From the NCBI GenBank assembly GCA_902564385.1, contig CACFAT010000003.1, positions 34,039 to 98,038 on the forward strand: DNA of 64,000 nucleotides. The letters run 5' to 3'. How positions within the stretch are numbered: position 1 is the stretch's first letter; the number at the start of each line of letters is the position of its first letter. Below the pieces are notes generated by a model, which saw only the letters and a list, made by a program, of their open reading frames with translations, ran no database searches and had not been told where the DNA came from. Shown one piece after another: positions 46,658 to 57,040 of this stretch. Both the position numbers and the translations under genes were made by a program. The stretch is from an uncultured Pelagibacteraceae bacterium. Its GTDB lineage: Bacteria; Pseudomonadota; Alphaproteobacteria; Pelagibacterales; Pelagibacteraceae.

Positions 46658-47774
46658 TTATAACTTTGTAGGTTGAATTAATGTAATCGCCAAGTGTCTT
46701 TAGGAAACTTGGAACATCGAGCAAAAATGAGTCATGCCCCTTATCAGATTCTATTTCTACAAATCCGACATCTGCACCAATAGAATTTAGTGCTATAACT
46801 ATTTCTCTATTCTCCGATGTTGGATACAACCAATCTGATGTAAATGATATTACAAAAAATTTTGTTTTAGTTTCTTTAAATGCATCAGATAAGTTTCCTT
46901 TGTACTGTTTGGATAAGTCAAAATAATCCATTGCACGAGTTATATATAAATAACTATTAGCATCAAATCTATCAACAAACACAGATCCTTGGTATCTAAG
47001 ATAACTCTCAATTTGAAAATCTGCCTCAAATCCATATCTTAGGCTATCCCTATCTTGCAATTTTCTTCCAAATTTTTCCTGCAATCCTTTTTCAGAAAGA
47101 TAAGTAATATGTGCTGCCATTCTTGCTACCGCTAACCCTTTGTCAGGATTTAATTTGTAATTACTATAAAATCCATTTTCCCACTTACTGTCAGCCATAA
47201 TTGCCTGTCTTCCTAATTCATTAAACGCTATGTTTTGTGCCGAGTGACTAGATGTGCAAGCAATCGGTATTGCAAGTTTTGCTTTATCTGGAAAATTGGT
47301 AACAAATTGAAGTACTTGCATTCCACCCATTGAACCACCTACTACAGCAAAAAGTTTTTCAATTTCTAAATATTTAATTAGCTCATATTGAGCGTTAACC
47401 ATGTCGTTAATAGTTATAATTGGAAAATCAGTTCCTATTTGTTTACCAGTGGACTCATTTATTGTGCTAGGTCCGTAAGATCCCATGCAGCCTCCAATAA
47501 CGTTTGCACAAATCACAAAAAATTTATTTGTATCAATTGGCTTATTTTCTCCAACAACATAACTCCACCAACCATCTTTATTAGTTATTGGGTTTTTTCC
47601 AGAAACATATTGATCTCCAGTCAAAGCATGGAAAACTAATATTGCATTACTTTTTTCACTGTTTAATTCCCCATATGTCTCATATGCTATTGGAAAGTTA
47701 TTAATTTCCTTACCACAATCCAATTTAAGGGGATTTGATATAATTATTTTTTTTGTATCAATATTCTTATTCAT
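46641..47774 (-). CDS. metX: Homoserine O-acyltransferase MetX
   Basis: [36 protein letters not shown]. Confidence 0.96.
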   Translation of the reverse strand: MNKNIDTKKIIISNPLKLDCGKEINNFPIAYETYGELNSEKSNAILVFHALTGDQYVSGKNPITNKDGWWSYVVGENKPIDTNKFFVICANVIGGCMGSYGPSTINESTGKQIGTDFPIITINDMVNAQYELIKYLEIEKLFAVVGGSMGGMQVLQFVTNFPDKAKLAIPIACTSSHSAQNIAFNELGRQAIMADSKWENGFYSNYKLNPDKGLAVARMAAHITYLSEKGLQEKFGRKLQDRDSLRYGFEADFQIESYLRYQGSVFVDRFDANSYLYITRAMDYFDLSKQYKGNLSDAFKETKTKFFVISFTSDWLYPTSENREIVIALNSIGADVGFVEIESDKGHDSFLLDVPSFLKTLGDYINSTYKVINERRI

Positions 47775-47808
47775 AATAATTGTACTGATTGAATTGTGAG
47801 AAAAAAAA

Positions 47809-47858
47809 CATTTTAGCGGTTTTTTTATAGCGCTCGCAATTCAGTATAAATCAGCGCA
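47809..47858 (-). ncRNA. SAM-II (SAM-alpha) riboswitch aptamer
   Basis: Minus strand GCGCUGAUUUAUACUGAAUUGCGAGCGCUAUAAAAAAACCGCUAAAAUG: P1 GCGCU/AGCGC, conserved GAUUU, UUGC and GCUAAA pseudoknot elements; upstream of metX. Confidence 0.92.
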
Positions 47859-47863
47859 TGCAG

Positions 47864-47892
47864 CTTTTACTTCAAAGGAATTTATATGTCAA
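47864..47892 (-). promoter_or_regulatory. Putative sigma70 promoter of SAM-II-metXW
   Basis: Minus strand TTGACA-17 nt-TAAAAG; start site would fall at the aptamer 5' end. Confidence 0.6.
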
Positions 47893-47954
47893 ATATTGCT
47901 CAATTAATTATTGTTTTATCTAGTTAAAAGACTATTTATAGTTAAATATTTACT

Positions 47955-49037
47955 ATGACAGAGCTAAGATTTAAAAACATAAAATTACAGAGTTACAAAC
48001 CTGGAAAATCCTTATTGGCTGGTAATAAAAATATTATTAAGTTATCTGCAAATGAATCTGCTTTAGGTGTAAGTAAAAATGTCGAAAAAATTGTTAAGTC
48101 TAAATTTGATATATCAAAATATCCAGACAGTAAATTTTCGGAATTAACACAAAAAATATCAAAGAAGTATGGTTGTGATAAATCCAAGATAATTTGTGGC
48201 TCTGGTTCTGACGAAGTAATTCAAATGCTTTGTCAATTGTTCCTTAGAGAGAATGATGAAGTTGTTGTTCCTCAGTACAGTTTCCTCATGTATAGGATAT
48301 ACTCCAAAATCGTTGGGGCAAATGTAAAATTAGCTAAAGAAATTAATTTTAAAGTTTCAGTTAAAGAAATTCTTAAAAAGACATCAAAAAAAACAAAAAT
48401 TGTTTTTATTGCAAATCCAAATAATCCAACAGGCACTTATTTAACAAAAAACGAGCTATTAGACTTAAGGAGAAGATTAAATAAAAATATTTTATTAGTT
48501 GTTGATGATGCATATTTTGAATATATGAAGAATAAAGATTACAAATCTGGAATTGAGTTATTTAAAAACTCTAAAAATGTATTTATTTTAAGAACATTTT
48601 CAAAAATCTATGGTCTAGCTTCATTAAGGATAGGCTGGGGATACGGTGATAAATCTATAATTAAAGAATTATATAAAATTAAACCACCTTTTAACGTAAA
48701 TAAATTTGCTCAAATTTGTGCTGTTGAATCACTTAAAGATGATAAATTTGTTAAAAAGTCAGTAATACATAATCTTAAATGGTGCAAAAAAATTAAAAAT
48801 GAGATGTTAAAATATAATATTGGTACAAACAAAATATCTGGAAATTTCTTTTTGTTAGATTTCAAAAAAGCAAAATTTACCGCAGATACAACTTTAAAAA
48901 AATTACAGAAATATGGAATTATACTAAGAGAAATGAATTCATATGGCATAAAAAATTGTCTAAGACTTACAATTGGCAACACAAAAGAAAACCAAATATT
49001 CCTTAAAAGAATGAATACTATTTTTAAAAATGTTTAA
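47955..49037 (+). CDS. hisC: Histidinol-phosphate aminotransferase
   Basis: KLSANES, GSGSDEVI, ANPNNPTG, DDAYFEY, RTFSKIYGLASLRIGW. Confidence 0.95.
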   Translation: MTELRFKNIKLQSYKPGKSLLAGNKNIIKLSANESALGVSKNVEKIVKSKFDISKYPDSKFSELTQKISKKYGCDKSKIICGSGSDEVIQMLCQLFLRENDEVVVPQYSFLMYRIYSKIVGANVKLAKEINFKVSVKEILKKTSKKTKIVFIANPNNPTGTYLTKNELLDLRRRLNKNILLVVDDAYFEYMKNKDYKSGIELFKNSKNVFILRTFSKIYGLASLRIGWGYGDKSIIKELYKIKPPFNVNKFAQICAVESLKDDKFVKKSVIHNLKWCKKIKNEMLKYNIGTNKISGNFFLLDFKKAKFTADTTLKKLQKYGIILREMNSYGIKNCLRLTIGNTKENQIFLKRMNTIFKNV

Positions 49038-49923
49038 TAATATTCTCATTATTGGTTGCGGATTAATAGGCTCATCAATATTAAAGGCTTCAATACAAAA
49101 AAAAATTTCTAAAAATTTTTTTGTATTTGAAAAATCAAAAAAATATAAATCTATTATTAAAAAATTTAACAAAAAAATTAAATTTTTAACAAGGTTAGAT
49201 AAAAATTTAAATAAAATTGATCTTGTGATTTTAAGCACTCCTATGAGTGAATATCCTAAATTTTTTTCGTCATTAAATAAAAATCTCAATCATAATTCAA
49301 TTATAACTGACGTTGGTTCAACAAAAAAAAATCTAATTTCTTTAAAAAAAAAAAAATTATCAAAATATCTTGATTGGGTGATGAGTCATCCTATCTCAGG
49401 ATCCGAAGTTAGTGGGCCCAAATATGGTAATGCTAATTTGTTCAAAAACAAGTGGTGCATAATAATAAAAGATAAAAATGTTCTAAAACAAAAAAAAGTA
49501 GAGAGATTTTGGAAATCTTTAGGATCTAAAATAATTATTATGAACCCCGATGATCATGATAAAATTTTTTCAGTCACTAGCCATCTACCTCACTTGATTG
49601 CTTACAATTTAATAAAAACTGCTCAGGATTTTCAGAAAAAAAAGAATAAAAATTTGATTAAATTTAGTGCAGGTGGATTAAGAGATTTCTCAAGAATTGC
49701 TGCTTCCAACGAAATAATGTGGAGAGACATATTTTTCGAGAATAAAACTAATATGATTGAAGCAATAAATCTTTTTATGAAAAATTTAAAAGATTTTAAG
49801 AAGAATATAAGTAAGAAAGAAAATTCGAAGATAATAAAAAAATTAATCAATTCGAAAGTAGTAAGAAAACAAATAATTTCTCAAAAACAAGATATTTCTA
49901 AACCTGATTTTGGTCGAGAGTAA
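49030..49923 (+). CDS. tyrA: Prephenate/arogenate (cyclohexadienyl) dehydrogenase
   Basis: GCGLIGSS, TDVGSTK, SHPISGSE, HDKIFSVTSHLPH, GGLRDFSRIA. Confidence 0.93.
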   Translation: MFNNILIIGCGLIGSSILKASIQKKISKNFFVFEKSKKYKSIIKKFNKKIKFLTRLDKNLNKIDLVILSTPMSEYPKFFSSLNKNLNHNSIITDVGSTKKNLISLKKKKLSKYLDWVMSHPISGSEVSGPKYGNANLFKNKWCIIIKDKNVLKQKKVERFWKSLGSKIIIMNPDDHDKIFSVTSHLPHLIAYNLIKTAQDFQKKKNKNLIKFSAGGLRDFSRIAASNEIMWRDIFFENKTNMIEAINLFMKNLKDFKKNISKKENSKIIKKLINSKVVRKQIISQKQDISKPDFGRE

Positions 49924-49924
49924 T

Positions 49925-50671
49925 TCAGATCCTTGTTACTTTTTTTACATCTAATTTCGCAGTTTCTTTAATTAGTTTTATCGTTTTTTTAATTGGCATT
50001 ATGATCACTCTTTTTTTTGGACCATAAGCGTGGATAAGATCATTTGTATTGATGCATATAGCAACATGTCCTTTCCAAAAAATAATATCACCTTTTTTAA
50101 ATTTTTTTTTGTATCCCACACCTTTTTTCAATTTAACTTGATCAATAGTGTCTCTTGGAAAAAAATTATTATTAAATTTATAAAATATTTGTAATAGAGC
50201 TGAACAATCAATTCCTTCGAATGTTTTTCCACCCCATTTATATTTACAATTTAGAAAACTTTTAAATATCTTTACAAAATCAGAATTTTTTTTTTGGATT
50301 GGAAATATGTCTTTTGATCTTAACCATTTATCTTTTTTATACATAATGAAATTTTGATCCTTTTTTAAAATTTGTATTTTGCTCGTAAATGGTAAAAACT
50401 TTTTTGATTTCTTTTTTTTATTACCTAAATAAATTCTAGCTTTTAAAATTCCAACTTTGTGAGTTGGATTGAATTTTTCGTAGCTATCAATTTTTTTTAT
50501 AAAGCCCGAATATTTGTCATATGAAGTCTTTATTTTAAAATAATTATTTTTTTTACTAATTATTTTAAAACTCTCACCGTAGATAAGTTGAGAGCTAACA
50601 TTAGAGTTCTTTTTTGGTTCCTCTAATATATCGACAAAAGGCTCTTTTAAAAAAAAACTATTTTGCACCAA
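49925..50671 (-). CDS. NlpC/P60 (C40) peptidase with N-terminal SH3-like domain (TTG 50671 or GTG 50668 start)
   Basis: SQLIYGE, YKWGG, GIDCSAL (Cys), WKGHV (His), LIHA; no signal peptide. Confidence 0.9.
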   Translation of the reverse strand: MVQNSFFLKEPFVDILEEPKKNSNVSSQLIYGESFKIISKKNNYFKIKTSYDKYSGFIKKIDSYEKFNPTHKVGILKARIYLGNKKKKSKKFLPFTSKIQILKKDQNFIMYKKDKWLRSKDIFPIQKKNSDFVKIFKSFLNCKYKWGGKTFEGIDCSALLQIFYKFNNNFFPRDTIDQVKLKKGVGYKKKFKKGDIIFWKGHVAICINTNDLIHAYGPKKRVIIMPIKKTIKLIKETAKLDVKKVTRI

Positions 50672-52031
50672 TTTTAATTTTATTCCTTATAAACCATAAA
50701 CAAATCAAAGATGGGATAACCATTAAAGTGGTAATTATAAAAAAGGTTCCCCAGTCTCCATTTAGCCAATCAACTAAAGCACCGGATGAAGAAGCAAGTG
50801 TCGTTCTTCCTGCGGTTCCAATTGAAGCTAGAAGTGCATACTGTGTAGCAGTATAAGTCCTATCCACTAAAAGAGAGATAAAGGCTACAAAAGCAACAGT
50901 TGCAAATGCTGCAGATATATCATCAGCGATAACCGCTAAAGCAAACAACCATTCAGATTTTCCTGACCACGCGAGAGCAGCAAATAATAAATTTGTTGCT
51001 GCCATAAATCCACCGGCAACAAACATTGTTTTTATTGTGCCAGCTCTCATAGCAAATATTCCACCTAATAATGTAAATACAACTGTCGTTATCCAGCCTA
51101 GAGTTTTAGAGTATATCGCTATTTCACCTTTTGAAAATCCAACCTCTTTATAAAAAACTATGGACATTCTTCCAAGAAAGGCTTCTCCAATTTTAAAAAG
51201 AAAGACAAAGCCTAGGATTCCAACTGCAATTGAGAAACCATTTTTTTTGAAGAAACTAATTATTGGACCTCCTATTGTACCAGTAATATAAGCAATAAAT
51301 TTTGTTATTATATTATTTGATCCAAGTTTTGATTGTATTACTTCGTCTGTTTCTTTTTGTTTGTTTTGCCTATCTGTTGTTATAGGCTCGTGTATAAACA
51401 TTAAACCAATATTCATCAGGATTACCACAACACCAAGAACTAAAAAAGTAGTTTGCCAGTAATCTTCAATTCCAATGTTTTGAAAAAATTCGGCTGTAAA
51501 CAATGCTATAACACCACCTAACTTATATCCGGTCCACCATCCAACTACAGCCATAGCAGCACCTGCTGCCATAGATTTTCCTTCATCAGCATTAATTTGT
51601 TCGATTCTCAACGCATCAACTGTAATATCTTGTGTAGCCGAAGCTATTGCTATAACTAATCCAACACTAATTAGTAACGCCAAATTTTCTGTAGGGTTAA
51701 TAAAACTCCAAACAATTAAACTAAATAAAATTATAATTTGCATAAGGACAATCCAGCCTCGTCGATGCCCTAATCTTTTTGTTAAAAATGGAATTTGTAT
51801 TCTATCAATTATTGGTGCCCACAAATAATTAAAGGCGTACACTCCAAATATTAAACCTGCCCATCCAATAGTCGATCTACTTAAACCTTCTTCTTTTAGC
51901 CAAAGGCTTAAACTGCTGGCAATTAAAACCCAAGGAAATCCACTAATTGCACCAAGAAGTAATATTCTTAGCATTCGAATATCATTGTAAACTAAAATAG
52001 ATTCCGACCAGGTTTGTTTTTTTTCAAACAT
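50658..52031 (-). CDS. ampG: AmpG-family muropeptide MFS permease (start corrected to 52031, TAATG overlap with trkH)
   Basis: LGAISGFP, YLWAPIID, GHRRGW, SATQDITVDALRIE, YTATQYALLAS. Confidence 0.93.
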   Translation of the reverse strand: MFEKKQTWSESILVYNDIRMLRILLLGAISGFPWVLIASSLSLWLKEEGLSRSTIGWAGLIFGVYAFNYLWAPIIDRIQIPFLTKRLGHRRGWIVLMQIIILFSLIVWSFINPTENLALLISVGLVIAIASATQDITVDALRIEQINADEGKSMAAGAAMAVVGWWTGYKLGGVIALFTAEFFQNIGIEDYWQTTFLVLGVVVILMNIGLMFIHEPITTDRQNKQKETDEVIQSKLGSNNIITKFIAYITGTIGGPIISFFKKNGFSIAVGILGFVFLFKIGEAFLGRMSIVFYKEVGFSKGEIAIYSKTLGWITTVVFTLLGGIFAMRAGTIKTMFVAGGFMAATNLLFAALAWSGKSEWLFALAVIADDISAAFATVAFVAFISLLVDRTYTATQYALLASIGTAGRTTLASSSGALVDWLNGDWGTFFIITTLMVIPSLICLWFIRNKIKIGAK

Positions 52032-53479
52032 TAAAATTTTCTCCAAAAAGATGGAATAAATAATACTAGAATTGCAAATAATTCCAACCTTCCGAGTATC
52101 ATTGCAGCACTGAGAACCCATTTAGAAAAATCAGACAGGCTTGAAAAACTTCCGTTTGGACCAATAATATCACCTAAACCTGGACCAACATTTGAAATTG
52201 ACGTGGCAGCTGCTGAAATTGCTGTAATAAAATTTAATCCATCAAGCGATAAAAGCGCAGTTACAACAAAAAATATTAATATGTAAAGGAATATAAAAGA
52301 GATAATTGAGTCCATAAATTTTTCATCCACATTATTATTTTGATATTTAATTTTGAAAATTCCTCGAGGATAAATTATTTTTTTCAGCTGGTTTGATATA
52401 AATTGATACAAAATTTGAACTCTAAAAATCTTTATTCCACAAGTTGTAGAGCCCGCACACCCCCCAATGAACATTAAAATTATGAAATATACTAATGGAA
52501 ATTGACCCCAATTACTAAAATTTTCTGTAGCATATCCTGTTCCAGTTAAAATAGAAATTATATTAAAACTAACAGATAAAAAACTTATCTCAGTTAAGCT
52601 TTTATTTATAACAGATAAATAAAAAAACATTAAAAGAATTGAAATTATAACTAAAATTATAAAAGTTTTTATTTGTGTGTCTTTGAAAAATATTTTCTTA
52701 TCTCCAGCTAAGTATTTTATGTAACTAATAAAAGGTATACTTCCAAGAATAATAAATATTATTGCATTAATTTCTATTAATGAGCTGTTAAAATAACCTA
52801 TAGATTCATTATAATTTGCAAAACCTCCGGTCGCTATTGTAGTCATGGCATGCACGATGCTGTCAAAAAAACTCATCCCAAATACAAAATAAAAAAAAGC
52901 ACAAGTTAAAGTTAATAAGGAATATATAGACAATAATCTCAAAGAAACTTCTTTAGTTTTAGGAAAAATTTTTTCAGAAGTATCATTAGATGAAATATTG
53001 AAAAGTTGCATACCCCCTATATTCATTAAAGGCATTAAAGTGATTGCCATTACGATAATTCCAATACCACCAAACCACTGCAACATTCCTCTCCAAAGTA
53101 ATATCGCTTTAGATGTTTCATTTAGATTCGTGATAATTGTAGATCCTGTTGTTGTAATACCAGACATGCTCTCAAAAAACGCATCTGTAAAACTCAAATC
53201 CGTACTAGAAAAAATTAAAGGTAAAGAACCAAATATAGCAATACTTAACCATGAAAGTGCTGTGAGCAAAAAAGCTTGAGGTAAACTTATCTTTTTATCG
53301 TGATCATAATTAGAAATGAAAAATAAAAATCCAAAAACAATAGTAACAATCATTGATCCGATAAATCCTGCATCAATTTGATCAAATATTAATTGAACCA
53401 AAATAGGTACAATCATTGAAAGACCTAAAATAATTTGCAAAACCCCTAATGTAAAAAAGACAGTTTTATAATTGGACAT
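52031..53479 (-). CDS. trkH: Trk potassium uptake membrane protein
   Basis: FESMSGITTTGS, QWFGGIGIIV, TTIATGGF, GGCAGSTTCGIK, SNVGPGLG, GRLE. Confidence 0.97.
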   Translation of the reverse strand: MSNYKTVFFTLGVLQIILGLSMIVPILVQLIFDQIDAGFIGSMIVTIVFGFLFFISNYDHDKKISLPQAFLLTALSWLSIAIFGSLPLIFSSTDLSFTDAFFESMSGITTTGSTIITNLNETSKAILLWRGMLQWFGGIGIIVMAITLMPLMNIGGMQLFNISSNDTSEKIFPKTKEVSLRLLSIYSLLTLTCAFFYFVFGMSFFDSIVHAMTTIATGGFANYNESIGYFNSSLIEINAIIFIILGSIPFISYIKYLAGDKKIFFKDTQIKTFIILVIISILLMFFYLSVINKSLTEISFLSVSFNIISILTGTGYATENFSNWGQFPLVYFIILMFIGGCAGSTTCGIKIFRVQILYQFISNQLKKIIYPRGIFKIKYQNNNVDEKFMDSIISFIFLYILIFFVVTALLSLDGLNFITAISAAATSISNVGPGLGDIIGPNGSFSSLSDFSKWVLSAAMILGRLELFAILVLFIPSFWRKF

Positions 53480-53565
53480 TTTGAATGGACATTATTTTAT
53501 GGTAAATAAATTTCAACTCTATATGAATTATTAAAAAGGCTTATATTAAGGATATTTAAGTAGTT

Positions 53566-55134
53566 GTGATAGACAAAACAAATTTTGACAAAACAAACGC
53601 CTGGCCATTTGTCGAGGCTAAAAAGCTATTAAGAGAGAGAAAATCGAACATAGAAAAAAAAAATAAAATAGTTTTACAAACTGGTTATGGTCCTAGTGGT
53701 CTACCACATATAGGTACATTTGGAGAAGTTGCAAGGACGACAATGATTGTCAACGCTCTTGATCATTTAACAGATATTCCAAAGGAAATTATTACATTTT
53801 CTGATGATATGGATGGTCTTAGAAAAGTACCTGAAAATGTTCCAAATCAAGAAAAACTCAAAAATAATCTTCACAAACCTTTAACGGATGTCCCCGATCC
53901 ATTTGAAAAGTTTAGTAGTTTTGGAGAACATAATAATAATATGTTGAAACAATTTCTTGATAATTTTAAATTTAAATATTCATTTAAAAGTTCTACAGAA
54001 CTCTACAAGTCTGGTTATTTTAATGACACCCTAAAATTAGTTCTAGATAATTATGAAAAAATTATGGAAATAATTCTTCCAACTTTAGGCAAAGAAAGAC
54101 AGAAAACCTATTCCCCCTTTTTACCAATATGCCCAGAAACTGGAAAAGTTCTCGAAATACCTGTTTTAGAAATTGATTCTAAATCTTCTAAAATCATATT
54201 TGACAATAATGGATCAAAATTGGAAAAAAGTATTTTAGATGGGAACTGCAAATTGCAATGGAAAGTTGATTGGGCAATGAGATGGTACGCTTTAGATGTT
54301 GATTTTGAAATGTATGGAAAGGATTTAATTGAGAGTGCAATTCTTTCAACTAAGATTATTAAAACATTAGGCAGATCTAACCCATCTGGTTTTGCTTATG
54401 AACTTTTTTTGGACGAAAAAGGTGAAAAAATATCTAAATCAAAAGGTAATGGAGTAACTATAGATGAATGGCTGAATTATGCATCTCCTGAAAGTCTATC
54501 TCTTTACATGTATCAAAATCCTAAAAGAGCAAAAAAATTGTACAGAGAAGTTGTTCCAAAAGCTGTTGATGAATATCTAGATTTTATAGAAAAAGGAAAA
54601 ACTCAAAATGATTTACAGAAGTTAATGAATCCAGTTTGGCATGTACACAATGGATCAATGCCAGAGGAAAATACAATTATGACTTTTTCAATGCTTTTAA
54701 ATTTAGTTGAAACAAGTAATGCGGACAGCAAACAATTACTTTGGAAATTTGTAAAAAAATACAAGTCAGAAATTAATGAAAATGATCATCCAATTTTTGA
54801 TAATTTAATCGAGTATGCAATAAAATATTTCAATGATGTTATAAAAACAAAAAAGATTTACAAAACTCCAAATGAAAAAGAGAAAGTTGCACTGAAAGCA
54901 TTAATTAAGTCTTTAGATAATTGTAATGATAAAATGGCTCCTGAAGATATTCAGACAAATATTTTTACAGTAGGAAAAGAAAATGGTTATAAAGAAAATT
55001 TAAGAGAATGGTTTAAGCTTATCTATGAGGTTGTATTTGGTGACGAAAATGGACCCAGAATGGGCTTCTTCATTAGTTTTTTTGGAGTAAATGAAACCAA
55101 AGAATTGATAAGAAAAAAGGTTGAAAATGTTTAA
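53566..55134 (+). CDS. lysS: Lysine-tRNA ligase, class I (GTG start)
   Basis: TGYGPSGLPHIGTFGE, KLQWKVDWAMRW, KISKSKGN, GPRMG. Confidence 0.96.
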   Translation: MIDKTNFDKTNAWPFVEAKKLLRERKSNIEKKNKIVLQTGYGPSGLPHIGTFGEVARTTMIVNALDHLTDIPKEIITFSDDMDGLRKVPENVPNQEKLKNNLHKPLTDVPDPFEKFSSFGEHNNNMLKQFLDNFKFKYSFKSSTELYKSGYFNDTLKLVLDNYEKIMEIILPTLGKERQKTYSPFLPICPETGKVLEIPVLEIDSKSSKIIFDNNGSKLEKSILDGNCKLQWKVDWAMRWYALDVDFEMYGKDLIESAILSTKIIKTLGRSNPSGFAYELFLDEKGEKISKSKGNGVTIDEWLNYASPESLSLYMYQNPKRAKKLYREVVPKAVDEYLDFIEKGKTQNDLQKLMNPVWHVHNGSMPEENTIMTFSMLLNLVETSNADSKQLLWKFVKKYKSEINENDHPIFDNLIEYAIKYFNDVIKTKKIYKTPNEKEKVALKALIKSLDNCNDKMAPEDIQTNIFTVGKENGYKENLREWFKLIYEVVFGDENGPRMGFFISFFGVNETKELIRKKVENV

Positions 55135-56167
55135 TCTTATAAGACCTTTTATATTTAAATTTAGCCCTGAAGTTGCACACTCACTAGCAATAAAGGCTTT
55201 AAAGTTAAATCAGATACCAACTATAGATAAAACAACCAGAGTTACTATCCAAACTAAATTTTTAAACAAAACTTTAAATTCTCCTCTAGGTGTAGCTGCT
55301 GGATTTGATAAAAACGCAGAAGTTTACAATCCTCTTTACAAACTAGGATTTGGTTTTGTTGAGGTAGGTACAATTACTCCTAAACCACAAATAGGAAATC
55401 CAAAGCCAAGAGTGTTCAGATTGGAAGAAGATGAGGCTTTAATTAATAGACTTGGATTTAACAATATTGGATCAGAAGAAAGTAAAAAAAATATTGAAAA
55501 TAATTCACCTAATGGATTACTTGGTATTAATATAGGACCTAATAAAGATACTGAAAACAGAGTTGAAGATTATTTAATTTGTTTCAGAAAATTTCATAAT
55601 TTAGCAGACTATATTACAATTAATATCTCTTCTCCTAACACAGAAAATTTAAGAAACTTTCATAAAAATGAAGAGTTAGATAATCTTTTAAAATGCATAA
55701 ATGAAGAAAAGAAAAATTTAAATTCAAATGTGCCAATAGCAGTCAAAGTATCTCCTGATATTGATGAAAAAAGTATTGATGAAATCTCAGAACTTTTTTT
55801 AAAATATAATGTTCAAATAGTTATAGTTTCAAATACGACAGATAGAAATAGGGAAAGTATATCTAATATAAATAAATTAGAGAAAGGCGGATTGTCTGGA
55901 AAACCACTTGAAAATATCTCCAATGAATTAATTAATAAATTTTTTAAATTAGTTGGAAAAAAAATCTTAATAATTGGAGTTGGAGGTGTTGATTCTGCTG
56001 ATGGCGTTTTTAATAAAATTGTAAGCGGTGCAACTCTTGTGCAATTGTATACAGGCATGGTTTATAAAGGACCAACTATTGCTTCAAAGATTAATAAAGA
56101 TCTCGACGAAATTGTAAAAAGAGAAGGTTTTAAAAATATATCTGAAGCTATTGGAACAAAAAATTAA
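55121..56167 (+). CDS. pyrD: Dihydroorotate dehydrogenase (quinone), class 2
   Basis: AAGFDKN, GNPKPRVFRL, INRLGFN, NISSPNT, GGLSGKP; start may be the second Met (55127). Confidence 0.96.
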   Translation: MKMFNLIRPFIFKFSPEVAHSLAIKALKLNQIPTIDKTTRVTIQTKFLNKTLNSPLGVAAGFDKNAEVYNPLYKLGFGFVEVGTITPKPQIGNPKPRVFRLEEDEALINRLGFNNIGSEESKKNIENNSPNGLLGINIGPNKDTENRVEDYLICFRKFHNLADYITINISSPNTENLRNFHKNEELDNLLKCINEEKKNLNSNVPIAVKVSPDIDEKSIDEISELFLKYNVQIVIVSNTTDRNRESISNINKLEKGGLSGKPLENISNELINKFFKLVGKKILIIGVGGVDSADGVFNKIVSGATLVQLYTGMVYKGPTIASKINKDLDEIVKREGFKNISEAIGTKN

Positions 56168-56169
56168 TC

Positions 56170-56198
56170 TTGACTGGTATTCTTTAAGACCATATACA
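56170..56198 (+). promoter_or_regulatory. Putative sigma70 promoter of rpmB-yhhQ
   Basis: TTGACT-17 nt-TATACA. Confidence 0.6.
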
Positions 56199-56210
56199 TC
56201 TTGAAAATTT

Positions 56211-56492
56211 ATGTCTAAAAAATGCGAACTTACCGGTAAAATCCCTCTAAAAGGCCATAATGTTAGTCACGCTAACAATAAAACTAAGAGAAGATTTCTT
56301 CCAAATTTAAAGAAAGTAAAATTTAAAAGTGAACTTTTAAAAAAATCTCTGAGATTAACAGTTTCAAATGCAGGTGTTAGATCTGTAGATAAAAAAGGTA
56401 GCTTTGATAATTTCTTAAAATCTGCAAAATCAAGAGATTTATCGTTAAGATTAAAAAAGCTTAAAAAATCGATAATTGCAAAAACAGTATAA
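56211..56492 (+). CDS. rpmB: 50S ribosomal protein L28
   Basis: [29 protein letters not shown]. Confidence 0.98.
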   Translation: MSKKCELTGKIPLKGHNVSHANNKTKRRFLPNLKKVKFKSELLKKSLRLTVSNAGVRSVDKKGSFDNFLKSAKSRDLSLRLKKLKKSIIAKTV

Positions 56493-57040
56493 TGAATAAA
56501 GTTTTCCTTACTCTCTCATTTTTAATGGGATTGGTTGTGCTAGCATCTAATTATTTAGTTCAATTTCCTATAAAATATTATGGTTTAGAGGAAATTTTAA
56601 CTTATGGTGCTTTTAGTTATCCAATTGCATTTTTAATTACAGATTTAGCCAACAGATCCTTTGGAAAATTAGTAGCAAGAAAAATTGTCTATATAGGCTT
56701 CACAATTGGAATTTTGTTTACTTTAATATTTTCAACTAATTTTACTGATCTTATTTCTATAAGAATAGCAATTGGTTCAGGAACAGCTTTTATAATTGCT
56801 CAACTTTTAGATGTTCAGATATTTGATCAATTAAGACAAAAGAAGTGGTTTATAGCACCTTTGACGTCTTCTTTGATAGGTTCAACAGTTGATACTTTTT
56901 TATTTTTCTCAATATCATTCTATGGAACGGGAATTCCTTGGGTAACTTTATCGTTAGGAGATCTTGCGGTAAAAATATTTGTTGCTCTTGTAATGTTGAT
57001 ACCTTTTAGATTATTACTCGGCACACTAAAAGCAGCATAA
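56492..57040 (+). CDS. yhhQ: Queuosine precursor transporter (VUT/YhhQ family)
   Basis: SNYLVQ, TYGAFSYPIAFLITD, RIAIGS, AQLLDVQIF, DTFLFF. Confidence 0.85.
   Translation: MNKVFLTLSFLMGLVVLASNYLVQFPIKYYGLEEILTYGAFSYPIAFLITDLANRSFGKLVARKIVYIGFTIGILFTLIFSTNFTDLISIRIAIGSGTAFIIAQLLDVQIFDQLRQKKWFIAPLTSSLIGSTVDTFLFFSISFYGTGIPWVTLSLGDLAVKIFVALVMLIPFRLLLGTLKAA

Noticed and set aside
52032-52121. 30-aa N-terminal extension of AmpG overlapping trkH
   Set aside because: ATG at 52031 forms a standard TAATG overlap with the trkH stop and is the more plausible start.
53473-53493. 8-bp direct repeat TGGACATT creating an out-of-frame upstream ATG (MSIQNVQL) before trkH
   Set aside because: Too short to distinguish from chance; no SD or informative codons.
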